Numbered from the stretch's first letter, positions 45,476-55,164 are shown. The stretch is DNA of 64,000 nt from an uncultured Spirochaetaceae bacterium (GCA_944389145.1 CALXLH010000026.1:177-64176), one strand, 5' to 3'. The notes: generated by a model not told the origin, from the sequence alone. Made by a program: numbers and translations.

Positions 45476-45873
45476 GGACGTTTGAATATAAGGTGAGGGT
45501 CTACTTCTCCGATACCGATGCTGGCGGCATAGCCTACCATGCCCGTTATCTCGACTGGGCGGAGCATGGCCGCACGGAGATGCTCAGGGAGATATATCCC
45601 GGAAAGAGCCAGAGCCAGCTCGTGAGCGAGGACCATCTGATGATCGTCGTGAAGTCCATCAACATCGAGTACAGGACTCCGGCCTTCCTTGATGATGAGA
45701 TCACGGTACTCACCGAGCTTGCGGACATACAGCATGTATCCTGCACCATAAGGCAGAGCATCATGAGAGGCGACACGCTCCTTTCCATCCTCATGGTCCG
45801 CGTCGCATTCATAGACAGCGAGACGAAGAGGCCGAGGAAGATTCCTGAGGATATCGCGGCGGCATTCGAATAA
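45472..45873 (+). CDS. YbgC/4HBT-type acyl-CoA thioesterase
   Basis: VRVYFSDTDAGGIAYHARYLDW hot-dog motif. ATGA overlap with lysA. Confidence 0.75.
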   Translation: MRTFEYKVRVYFSDTDAGGIAYHARYLDWAEHGRTEMLREIYPGKSQSQLVSEDHLMIVVKSINIEYRTPAFLDDEITVLTELADIQHVSCTIRQSIMRGDTLLSILMVRVAFIDSETKRPRKIPEDIAAAFE

Positions 45874-46513
45874 GCGATAGAAGGGGAGGATCGCTCCTCC
45901 TATCAGCCTTCTGTCAGATTACTCTTCTTAAGAAGAAATATACTTATATAATAAGAATATACCCAAGCAAGTCCATCTAAAGTATACTATCTACTAATCA
46001 TGCTGTTCATGCTATCATGCACATGGCACTGCCGTTGATGGTAGGCAGCCACTGGCCTTGCTTCTGCACACAAGGCGCAGGATGCTCCTTGACCTGGCAC
46101 AACGGGAAGAAGAGGCAGTATGATCGAAGGAATCCTAGGCATTCCGTACGAAGATCGAGGAACGTCATGATATCATTCGGAGAGAGGTATCGAAGTCAGT
46201 TTGCATGATGGCGAACCGATGGCGAATGCCCCGATAATCCCCGATGGTATCAATCATCACGCGGTTACTATCATGACTGACGAGAATGGCTGTGCTGACG
46301 TGACGGTATCTAAAGGCGGTGTCAATGCAATAGGTACAGAGCCTGTTGTCGAATATATGATAGGAATGATGGCAAGGCTGCTAGGGACAAGGTCTTTACA
46401 AGCCTGAGCTGGTGAATCACCTTCCTGTAGCATGCTCTATTATCGTCTGATATGTTTCCGTGCCATCTTATGACTCCATTGAAGGGCTGGGAAAGCGGAC
46501 GTTCGCCCGCTGT

Positions 46514-46585
46514 TAGCCAACTCAGGAAGTGGAAACATAGCCAACTCCGGAAGTGGAAGCATAGCCAACTCCGGAAGTGATAAGT
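46514..46585 (+). repeat. three tandem 24-bp direct repeats upstream of the AAA+ gene
   Basis: TAGCCAACTCAGGAAGTGGAAACA / TAGCCAACTCCGGAAGTGGAAGCA / TAGCCAACTCCGGAAGTGATAAGT, contiguous with no spacers. Followed by a duplicated TTTTCCTTG (46588-96 and 46601-09). Confidence 0.9.
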
Positions 46586-46628
46586 GATTTTCCTTGATAT
46601 TTTCCTTGTCTTGTAATAAGTTGACGAT

Positions 46629-47930
46629 ATGGCTGAATCAGAAGGGAAATATGTTCCTAGAGTCATTGATGATCTTCTTCGTCTTTACCTTGAGAGTAGC
46701 GGGGCTGTATTGATTGAAGGGCCTAAATGGTGCGGTAAGACTACGAGTGCGAAGCAGGTTTCCAAGAGTATCGTAGAGCTTGGTGATCCTGATATGTATG
46801 ATGAGTATGCTGCAATGGCTGCGATATCCCCATCAAGGCTTCTTGAAGGAGAATCTCCCCGTCTTATCGACGAATGGCAGCGCATTCCCGAGCTATGGGA
46901 TTCTGTCAGGACGATGGTGGATAGGAAAGGAGGTTTCGGACATTTCATCCTCACAGGATCCGCTACTCCCCTTGAAAAGGATAAGGATTCGAGGAGGCAT
47001 AGCGGTACGGGGCGTATTTCCCGTCTGACGATGAGGACTTTCTCATTATTCGAATCCGGTGATTCGTCAGGTGCTGTGAGCATTTCCTCATTGTTTTCAG
47101 GGAATCTTGATGTCTCTGGATGCCGGCAGATGGACATCGAGCATCTTGCATTTCTTTGTTGCCGTGGCGGCTGGCCGGAGGTCTGCGTGGCTAGTAACAT
47201 GAGCGAGAGAGCTGCGTTGATGGTCCCTCGTTCATATGTCAGCTCCATATGCGCCAATGAGACTGAGTTGGGGGAAGGTGTGATGTATGATAGTGCGAGG
47301 ATGGCTTTGTTCTTACGCTCCTATGCGCGTACCGTCGGTTCTCAGCAAGCAGTTACTGATATGGTAAAGGATTTATCATCATCTGGTTCTTTCTCATTCT
47401 CTGATAAGACCGCCTATGCCTATAATAAGGTGTTGAGGGATATCTTCGCTGTTGAGGATATGCGTGCCTGGAATGTGAATCTGAGGTCAAAGACAGCGAT
47501 CCGTACCTCTGATACCAGATATTTCTCCGATCCCTCGATTGCTACGGCGAGCATGGGGCTTGGTCCCGGCGATCTTCTGAATGACCTGCGGACATTCGGC
47601 TTTATATTCGAGAACCTTGCCATAAGGGATCTTCGTGTATACGCAGGTTCGCTTGATGGTACGGTGTTCCATTATCGCGATAAGAATGATCTCGAGTGTG
47701 ATGCTGTTCTCCATCTTCCTAATGGTCGCTATGGTCTTGTTGAGGTGAAGCTTGGCGGAAAGGATGCGATTGAGCATGGTGCATCTACGCTCCTGAAGCT
47801 TTCGTCTCGCATCGATGATGAGAAGATGGGGAAACCCGCGTTTATGATGGTGCTTACTGGAGTCGGTACCTTTGCATATAGGAGGGATGATGGTGTCATC
47901 GTTGCTCCTATCAGCCTGCTGGGGCCTTGA
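46629..47930 (+). CDS. AAA+ ATPase with a C-terminal DUF4143-type PD-(D/E)xK nuclease-like domain
   Basis: Walker A GPKWCGKTT, Walker B LIDEWQ. C-terminal D..ECDAVL...GLVEVKLG is a nuclease-like motif. No obvious SD. Confidence 0.75.
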   Translation: MAESEGKYVPRVIDDLLRLYLESSGAVLIEGPKWCGKTTSAKQVSKSIVELGDPDMYDEYAAMAAISPSRLLEGESPRLIDEWQRIPELWDSVRTMVDRKGGFGHFILTGSATPLEKDKDSRRHSGTGRISRLTMRTFSLFESGDSSGAVSISSLFSGNLDVSGCRQMDIEHLAFLCCRGGWPEVCVASNMSERAALMVPRSYVSSICANETELGEGVMYDSARMALFLRSYARTVGSQQAVTDMVKDLSSSGSFSFSDKTAYAYNKVLRDIFAVEDMRAWNVNLRSKTAIRTSDTRYFSDPSIATASMGLGPGDLLNDLRTFGFIFENLAIRDLRVYAGSLDGTVFHYRDKNDLECDAVLHLPNGRYGLVEVKLGGKDAIEHGASTLLKLSSRIDDEKMGKPAFMMVLTGVGTFAYRRDDGVIVAPISLLGP

Positions 47931-47935
47931 TTTAT

Positions 47936-47975
47936 CCCTAGCGTAGGGAAGTTTTATCTTCTTTTCTTATTCTTC
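47936..47975 (+). terminator. short hairpin plus T-rich tract after the AAA+ gene
   Basis: CCCTA-GCG-TAGGG followed by a long T/C-rich run. Confidence 0.35.
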
Positions 47976-48010
47976 TTGTTTTTCTTCTGATTTCGGATTA
48001 GAATAATCAT

Positions 48011-48907
48011 ATGGATTATATGGATGTTACGGAAGCCTCCAAAAGATGGGGCGTTACCGATAGAAGGGTGAGGATCCTCTGCAACGAGGGTAAGGTTGAT
48101 GGCGCGATAAAGCTCGGCTGGGCGTGGATAATACCCGCGGACGCCCCTAAGCCGTCCGATGGCCGCAGGCTCCGTGCCATAAAGACGAGGAATATCAGGC
48201 CGGGTTCCGTGGATATCGACGGGATAGCGAAATGCCAGGCTGAGTTCCCGCTGGATGAGGCGGCGAAGGAGAGCAAGGGGCTTTCCGCTGTCATTGCCAG
48301 GAGCATACGCGCGCTCCTTTCCGTATCTGGCGAGGATGTATCCGAGCGTGATATCCGCACTATACTCTCCGGAAAGGCCGTCTCGCACGTCTCCCTTGAG
48401 ATCCATCTCGTGATAATCAACTTCCGCTCTCTCCTCCTGTCGTTCATAGGCAGTAAGGAGAGGATCAACCTCAAGCGCATCGAGGAGATCCGCACGAGGT
48501 TCCTGCAGGGCATCAATGATATCAACCCGGCAGAGTACAGGAACGGCCTCTGCCGCTTCCCATATAGGGGAGAGGAGAGGGCCGCCATCGGGATGCAGAT
48601 GGATGCCGCATTCCAGCAGTGGGAGATCGCGTGGCAGAACTACCATCCTGTCATTGCCTCTTCGATACTCTATGCCGAGATGCTCCGCATAGAGCCTTAT
48701 GAGGAGTATCCTGAGATCTTCGCGTATATCGTGCTTGCCGCGGTGCTGCTTCCTGCCGGGATCCTTCCTCCGATCATCAGGATGGATGATGGCGATGAGC
48801 TTCGCGCTGCGTTCCTCCTGGCTGCCAAGCGCGGCAACTATACCGACCTCTCCTCATTCATCGAGAAGAGGATATTCGATTCTTACCAGGAGGCCTCGGA
48901 TGTATGA
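48011..48907 (+). CDS. HTH (excisionase/MerR-like) protein with a Fic-fold domain carrying a degenerate active-site motif
   Basis: N-terminal VTEASKRWGVTDRRVRILCNEGKVDGAIKLGWAWIIP. At the position of HPFx(D/E)GNGR the C-terminal region reads IEPYEEYPEIFAY, in otherwise Fic-like context (...HPVIASSILYAEMLR...GILPPII...). Confidence 0.55.
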   Translation: MDYMDVTEASKRWGVTDRRVRILCNEGKVDGAIKLGWAWIIPADAPKPSDGRRLRAIKTRNIRPGSVDIDGIAKCQAEFPLDEAAKESKGLSAVIARSIRALLSVSGEDVSERDIRTILSGKAVSHVSLEIHLVIINFRSLLLSFIGSKERINLKRIEEIRTRFLQGINDINPAEYRNGLCRFPYRGEERAAIGMQMDAAFQQWEIAWQNYHPVIASSILYAEMLRIEPYEEYPEIFAYIVLAAVLLPAGILPPIIRMDDGDELRAAFLLAAKRGNYTDLSSFIEKRIFDSYQEASDV

Positions 48908-50441
48908 TGCGCTGATCAGCGGTGCCACCATAATCGATGGGACCGGCAGTGCCCCGTACAAGGCCAACGTGGCGCTCTTCGGGGATATGATCGGCTTCAT
49001 CGGCAAGGAGGGGATATCGAGGGCGAAGACGCAGATCGACGGCCGCGGCCTTGTCCTTGCTCCCGGCTTCATCGATATGCATACCCATACAGACCTCGAG
49101 GTGCTTCGCAGCAGGGGTATGGAGGTCAGGCTTCTGCAGGGCATCACCACTGATGTCTCCGGAAACTGCGGGATCGGGACCTTCCCGTACTCCCCAGCCC
49201 TTCCCGGCTATGTGGCTGATGTGCTTGGAACCTATGATGACTGGTCCTGGACTGATTATCCTTCGTATCGCGACACTCTCATGTCGCGTGGCATGGGCAT
49301 CAACGAGGCCTTCCTTGTCTCCCATACCGCGCTCCGCCTCGCCGTGATGGGAAGCGACTCCGGACGGGAGGCTAGCGAGGATGAGATAAGGCGCATGTGC
49401 GATCTTCTCTCTGATGCGCTCTCTGCCGGTGCCTGGGGATTCTCGTCAGGGCTATACTATGCGCCATGCGTCTTCGCCTCCCGGGAGGAGCTGAGACGGC
49501 TCCTTGCCGTCGTCAGGCGCCATGACAGGGTCTTCGCTGTCCACCACCGCTGTGAGGGCGACGAGGTCGTGGAGTCTCTCGAGGAGGTTCTTTCGCTTGC
49601 CCGTGAGACCGGAGTGAGGCTTGAGGTGTCCCATCTGAAGGCGATCGGAAGGCGTAATCAGGATAAGGTCGAAAGGCTTCTGGAGATGATCGCGAGGGAG
49701 CGCGAGAGGGGAGTGGACGTGAAGTTCGATCAATATCCCTATACATTCGGATCTACCAGCCTCTTCTCTCTCCTTCCCCCCGATATCCTCGCTCTATCGC
49801 GCCTTGAGCAGCGCCTTGCCCTCGGCCTTGAGCCGGAGCGTGCGGAGATCGCGAGGGAGATGCTCTCTCCACGCGGCTGGGACAGCATCTATGCGATGGT
49901 CGGCCCTGATGGCATAAGGGCGATGTACCTTGAGACCGACAGCCAGTACTCAGGGATGACGCTTGCCCAGATAGGGGAGGCCCGCGGCCAGGATCCGCTT
50001 CAGGCCCTCTTCGATATCCTCTCCGAGGAGACAGGGCTTGCGGTGATGGAGGATGAGACGGAGAGCGATGAGAATCTCGTGAGGATCATGTCCGATCCAT
50101 TGATGTGCTTCGGCTCTGACTCCCTCTATTCATCCCCGCATCCTCATCCCCGCTCGCATCATGCGGCCGTGGAGTTCCTTTCCCGCTATGTGATAGGGCG
50201 CAGGGTGATGAGCCTTGAGGAGGGTATACGGCGCATCACAGGCGAGGCTGCGGACCGCCTCGGGCTGAAGGACCGCGGCTATGTGAGGGAAGGCTGCAAG
50301 GCCGATCTGGTGCTCTTCTCTCCTGAGGAGCTCGCAGTCTCTGATGGCGTGAACAGGGGAATAAGGACCGTGCTTGTCAATGGTGCCGTCGCCGTGGAGG
50401 ACGGACGGGTCACCGGAACGCTTGCCGGACGGGTCCTATGA
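48900..50441 (+). CDS. N-acyl-D-amino-acid deacylase (D-aminoacylase) family amidohydrolase
   Basis: MYDALISGATIIDGTG..., FIDMHTHTD metal motif. Start reset to ATG 48900, overlapping the previous stop by 8 nt. Confidence 0.8.
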   Translation: MYDALISGATIIDGTGSAPYKANVALFGDMIGFIGKEGISRAKTQIDGRGLVLAPGFIDMHTHTDLEVLRSRGMEVRLLQGITTDVSGNCGIGTFPYSPALPGYVADVLGTYDDWSWTDYPSYRDTLMSRGMGINEAFLVSHTALRLAVMGSDSGREASEDEIRRMCDLLSDALSAGAWGFSSGLYYAPCVFASREELRRLLAVVRRHDRVFAVHHRCEGDEVVESLEEVLSLARETGVRLEVSHLKAIGRRNQDKVERLLEMIARERERGVDVKFDQYPYTFGSTSLFSLLPPDILALSRLEQRLALGLEPERAEIAREMLSPRGWDSIYAMVGPDGIRAMYLETDSQYSGMTLAQIGEARGQDPLQALFDILSEETGLAVMEDETESDENLVRIMSDPLMCFGSDSLYSSPHPHPRSHHAAVEFLSRYVIGRRVMSLEEGIRRITGEAADRLGLKDRGYVREGCKADLVLFSPEELAVSDGVNRGIRTVLVNGAVAVEDGRVTGTLAGRVL

Positions 50442-50458
50442 TGGCTGTGGCGCAGCCA

Positions 50459-51217
50459 TCAGTCATCGCCTTCGAATGATGAGAGGAACTGCCTCGTCCT
50501 TTCCTCCGTCGGATCGGAGAAGAGGCTTGTGCCTTCCTCGACGATGACGCCCTTGTCCATGAATATCGCATTGTCGGATATAGCCTTGGCGAAGTGCATC
50601 TCATGCGTCACTACCGCCATCGTCATCTTCTCCTCCGCAAGGCCCCTGATGACATGGAGTATCTCACGGGTAAGCTCTGGATCGAGTGCGCTCGTTGGCT
50701 CATCGAAGAAGAGTATCTGCGGATCGAGGGCGAGGGCCCGCGCGATCGAGACCCGCTGCTGCTGGCCCCCTGACAGCTGATAAGGATACATCCTCGCCCT
50801 GTCCTCAAGCCCCATCTTCCGCAGCAGCGCCATGGCCTTCTCCTCTGCCTCCTCCCTGGAACGCTTCAGGACGGCCCGCTGTGCCTCCATGACGTTGCGC
50901 AGCACCGAGAAGTGCGGAAAGAGGTTGAATGACTGGAAGACAAGCCCTGTCTTGAGCCCTATCCTGCGCTCTGCGGACCTGTCATACTCGGCCTTGCCCC
51001 CAACGCTCCTGAAGAGCGTCTCTCCGTCCACCGTGAGCGTGCCGTCATCAGCTCTCTCAAGCTGCGTGATGATCCTCAGCATCGTGGACTTGCCGGAGCC
51101 GGACGGCCCTATGATAGATAGCACCTCTCCCTTCTCTATCGAGAACGATATGTTCCTTATCACCTCTGTCTCGCCGAATGACTTGGATAGGTTCTCAAGC
51201 TGTATCATCCTTTCCAT
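50459..51217 (-). CDS. polar amino-acid ABC transporter ATP-binding protein
   Basis: [28 protein letters not shown]. GlnQ/ArtP-like. Confidence 0.9.
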   Translation of the reverse strand: MERMIQLENLSKSFGETEVIRNISFSIEKGEVLSIIGPSGSGKSTMLRIITQLERADDGTLTVDGETLFRSVGGKAEYDRSAERRIGLKTGLVFQSFNLFPHFSVLRNVMEAQRAVLKRSREEAEEKAMALLRKMGLEDRARMYPYQLSGGQQQRVSIARALALDPQILFFDEPTSALDPELTREILHVIRGLAEEKMTMAVVTHEMHFAKAISDNAIFMDKGVIVEEGTSLFSDPTEERTRQFLSSFEGDD

Positions 51218-51221
51218 ATGC

Positions 51222-51857
51222 TCACCTGTAGTAACCTAGCTTCCTCTCCGCGACGGAGAAGATCCTTGAGACGATATAGTTCATCACGAAGTAGAATATT
51301 CCGGCGATGAAGATCGGTACCGTGGAGAACTCCCTCGATGATGCCGTCTGCGCGACGCGGAACAGCTCTGCCACGCCGATCGTCTGCGCAAGCGCCGTAT
51401 CCTTTACCAGGGTTATCACCTCATTGCCGAGCGATGGCATGATCTTCTTGATCACCTGCGGCAGTATGATGTGGAAGAACGTATACGGCCTGGTGAATCC
51501 GAGTACCTTCGCCGCCTCATGCTGCCCCCTGTCTATGGACTGCAGCCCAGAGCGGTAGATCTCCGCGAAATACGCGCTGTAGTTGACCACGAACGCGACT
51601 ATGCAGGCTGTGAATCTGTCATATGATACCCCGAATAGATAGAACGGGGCGAAGTAGAAGAAGATGAGCTGGAGGATCAGCGGAGTGCCTCTCATGATCT
51701 GTATGTATAGATCGGTCAGCCATCTTACCGGCCTGATTGCCGTCATCTTCCCCTTTGCGACCACGAAGCCCAGTGGAAGCGAGAAGATGAGCGTGAGGAA
51801 GAAGATGCGGAGGGATGTAACCGTTCCCTCCAGCATCTGCATTATAAGGCTTGCCAT
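51222..51857 (-). CDS. polar amino-acid ABC transporter permease
   Basis: EAA-loop region (...[20 protein letters not shown]...). Start set at MASLIMQ, giving a TAATG overlap with the SBP stop. Confidence 0.85.
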   Translation of the reverse strand: MASLIMQMLEGTVTSLRIFFLTLIFSLPLGFVVAKGKMTAIRPVRWLTDLYIQIMRGTPLILQLIFFYFAPFYLFGVSYDRFTACIVAFVVNYSAYFAEIYRSGLQSIDRGQHEAAKVLGFTRPYTFFHIILPQVIKKIMPSLGNEVITLVKDTALAQTIGVAELFRVAQTASSREFSTVPIFIAGIFYFVMNYIVSRIFSVAERKLGYYR

Positions 51858-52666
51858 TACTTGCCGACTGTCGTTATATCGGCTCCGAACCACTCTTCGG
51901 CGATCTCGGCAAGCGTTCCGTCCTCAGCCATCGCGAGAAGCTCCTGATCGACTGCGTCGCGGAGCGCAACGTCGCCCTTCCTGAAGCCTATCGCGTACTC
52001 CTCTTCCGTCAGCGTCTGGTCAAGGATGCGGAAATCATTTCCTGATCTCTTTATATTATCGTTAGCTACGAGGAGATCCATCACGACCGCGTCGACGCCT
52101 CCAATCTCAAGGTCCATGAGGGCGGTGAGGTTCTCCTTGAACTCGATGATCTCGCCAAGGCTCTCGGCAAATCCCGGGGTATCCTCGATGGCGCTCTGCG
52201 CGGATGATCCTGCCTGCACGCCGACCGAGCCTCCCTTGAGGTCGTCAAGCGTCTGTACGGGGGAGTCTCCGCGTACCACGACGACCTGCGCATTGCGTAC
52301 ATATGGCATGGAGAAGGTCATCACGCGCTCACGCTCAGGGGTTACCGTAAAGCCGTTCCAGATGCAGTCGATGTTGCCTGTCGCAAGCTCCTGCTCCTTG
52401 GCGTTCCAGTCTATCGGCTGTGCCACCAGCTCGACTCCGAGCCTCTTCGCGACCTCCCTGGCCACATCGATGTCGAAGCCTACGATCTCTCCGTTCTCAT
52501 CCCTGAATCCCATCGGCGGGAATGAGTCATCGAGCCCCAGCACGAATGTTCCCTTGTTGATGACGCTCTGAAGCGACTGGTCTGCCGATCCGTCCCTGGA
52601 TCCCTGCGCGGCTGCCATGGAAAGCACCGTAAGCATAATAAGCAAAGAGATGATGAGTTTCTTCAT
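51857..52666 (-). CDS. amino-acid ABC transporter substrate-binding protein
   Basis: Signal peptide MKKLIISLLIMLTVLSMAAA. Family-3 SBP pattern (DSFPPMGF...GFDIDVA). Confidence 0.85.
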   Translation of the reverse strand: MKKLIISLLIMLTVLSMAAAQGSRDGSADQSLQSVINKGTFVLGLDDSFPPMGFRDENGEIVGFDIDVAREVAKRLGVELVAQPIDWNAKEQELATGNIDCIWNGFTVTPERERVMTFSMPYVRNAQVVVVRGDSPVQTLDDLKGGSVGVQAGSSAQSAIEDTPGFAESLGEIIEFKENLTALMDLEIGGVDAVVMDLLVANDNIKRSGNDFRILDQTLTEEEYAIGFRKGDVALRDAVDQELLAMAEDGTLAEIAEEWFGADITTVGK

Positions 52667-52770
52667 ATGCTCCTCCGTTCGATGCTGAGAGTATACAGTG
52701 AATGATTAATGCATGAAAATACGCCGCATATTCATTTTGCCAATCTTTTTTGCTTGTCATGTGGTAAGAT

Positions 52771-53370
52771 ATGGCCATGAGGTTATTCATTTTCGACATG
52801 GGTGAGGTAATCCTGACGGATGTCAGGACGCTTGAGAGGGTAGCTGAGGCCCTCGGAATCGATGAGGAGGCGCTTAAGGCGGACTATCTTATCTATGATA
52901 TGGCTCTGATGGACGGCTATATGAGCGTTGAGTCGTACTATGATCATCTCTCGCATAAGTTCCTCCTCCCGAGGATCGACGGCGATCCGTTCGCGCGCTA
53001 CTTCTCTCCCGCCGTGAACTGGACGATGCTCGGCTATGTCGATGCGCTCAGGAAGCGCGGCCACCGCTGCGTGATCGGCTCTAACACGTTCAAGCCCCAT
53101 TGGGATATCATCCTGGGATACGATGGACGGCCTGCCGATCACTTCGACGCGCTGTATGCCTCCCACCTGATCCACCTTTCGAAGCCAGAGGAGGCGTTCT
53201 TCCGCCATATAGCCTCCCAGGAAGGCTTCGATTACGAGGATGTGTCCTTCATCGATGACAGGCGGGTGAATACCGATTCTGCATCACGGCTCGGGATCGA
53301 GACGCTCCTCTATGCCGGCCCCGACAAGGACGCGAAGGCTGCCGCTTTCTTCGCCAGGTATCTCTCCTGA
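52771..53370 (+). CDS. HAD-superfamily hydrolase (subfamily IA-like)
   Basis: Motif I FIFDMGEVIL and C-terminal FIDD. 199 aa. Confidence 0.65.
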   Translation: MAMRLFIFDMGEVILTDVRTLERVAEALGIDEEALKADYLIYDMALMDGYMSVESYYDHLSHKFLLPRIDGDPFARYFSPAVNWTMLGYVDALRKRGHRCVIGSNTFKPHWDIILGYDGRPADHFDALYASHLIHLSKPEEAFFRHIASQEGFDYEDVSFIDDRRVNTDSASRLGIETLLYAGPDKDAKAAAFFARYLS

Positions 53371-53410
53371 TGCGCTTTCGCGTATTTTTATCGAAAGAGT
53401 ATTCAGTTTG

Positions 53411-53440
53411 TTGACACTGTGGCGCAAGGAGGCGTATAAG
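53411..53440 (+). promoter_or_regulatory. sigma-70-like promoter of the ilv/leu operon leader
   Basis: TTGACA (53411-16), an 18-nt spacer, then TATAAG (53435-40). Confidence 0.5.
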
Positions 53441-53483
53441 GAGAGCAAGAAAGAATAAACCTTAGGAAGGAGGAGCTGAAGAC

Positions 53484-53537
53484 ATGTCCATTTCTCTCAT
53501 TTCCATCCTTCTATCTGTCATCATCCTTACACGCTGA
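53484..53537 (+). CDS. ilv/leu leader peptide (17 aa, Ile/Leu/Val-rich)
   Basis: SD GGAGGAG 7-8 nt upstream. ATG...TGA encodes MSISLISILLSVIILTR, with 10 of 17 residues I/L/V. Too short for the ORF track. Confidence 0.6.
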   Translation: MSISLISILLSVIILTR

Positions 53538-53570
53538 ACCACGGTTTCAGAGTTCTGATGATGCGCTAAG

Positions 53571-53607
53571 GCCCGTGGTAGATGAAATACCCGGGCATTT
53601 ATTTTTT
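53571..53607 (+). terminator. attenuator (intrinsic terminator) in the ilv/leu leader
   Basis: GCCCG(T)GG...CCCGGGC hairpin followed by ATTTATTTTTT. Its 5' arm overlaps CCGTGGT, which is complementary to ACCACGG (53538-44) just after the leader stop codon. Confidence 0.6.
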
Positions 53608-53623
53608 CTTGAAGGAGTCGCAT

Positions 53624-54154
53624 GTGGTGAGTAAAAGGAAGGACAGCTATACCCTCGCTATCCTCGTGAACAACAGGTCTGGCGTTCTGATGAGGGTCGT
53701 AGCACTCTTCTCAAGGCGCAGATACAACATCGATTCGCTCTCCGTGAGCGAGACCGAGGATCCAGGCATCAGCCGCATAACGATCGTCGTTCATGGGGAC
53801 CGCGCGATAACCGAGCAGATCATCCGCCAGGTGGAGAAGCTCATCGATGTGCGCAAGGTCTACGAGATGACAAGCGAAGGCTCGATCCAGAGGGAGCTCG
53901 TGCTGATAAAGCTCCGTTCTGATGAGGAGACCAGGACCCATCTCGTGGAGATCGGCGAGCTCTTCAAGGCTAAGGTCATCGATGTCACGCCTTCCACGCT
54001 GACGATGCAGATCACGGGCAGCCTTGACAAGCTCGATTCATTCCTGGAGCTTGTCAGGCCATACGGCATCGTGGAGCTTGTACGTACAGGAATGACAGCC
54101 CTTGAGCGCGGCTCAAGGCCATTATCGGAAACTACCTTCGGCGACGAAGGCTGA
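53624..54154 (+). CDS. ilvN: acetolactate synthase small (regulatory) subunit
   Basis: ACT-domain TLAILVNNRSGVLMRVVALFSRRRYNIDSLSV. Start moved to GTG 53624 (SD GGAG 6 nt upstream) because the track start 53582 lies inside the terminator hairpin. Confidence 0.85.
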   Translation: MVSKRKDSYTLAILVNNRSGVLMRVVALFSRRRYNIDSLSVSETEDPGISRITIVVHGDRAITEQIIRQVEKLIDVRKVYEMTSEGSIQRELVLIKLRSDEETRTHLVEIGELFKAKVIDVTPSTLTMQITGSLDKLDSFLELVRPYGIVELVRTGMTALERGSRPLSETTFGDEG

Positions 54155-54159
54155 GATAG

Positions 54160-55164
<1,005 letters not shown>

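Noticed and set aside
46017-46407. Two small ORFs (63 and 68 aa) as real genes.
   Set aside because: They have no SD, odd composition (the first is Arg/Cys/His-rich) and overlapping frames. At best they are relics, so they are mentioned only within the non-coding-region finding.
46514-46585. A CRISPR array.
   Set aside because: There are only three repeats, directly abutting with no spacers, and no cas genes. This is a tandem repeat, not a CRISPR array.
48699-48899. An upstream extension of the D-aminoacylase ORF, as listed in the track.
   Set aside because: It overlaps the real HTH/Fic-like gene in another frame and is Arg/Ser-rich junk. The family N-terminus MYDALISGATIIDGTG starts at 48900.
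53371-53623. A T-box leader upstream of the ilv/leu operon.
   Set aside because: I saw no specifier-loop/stem I architecture and no conserved T-box sequence. The leader is short and instead contains a translatable I/L/V-rich ORF.
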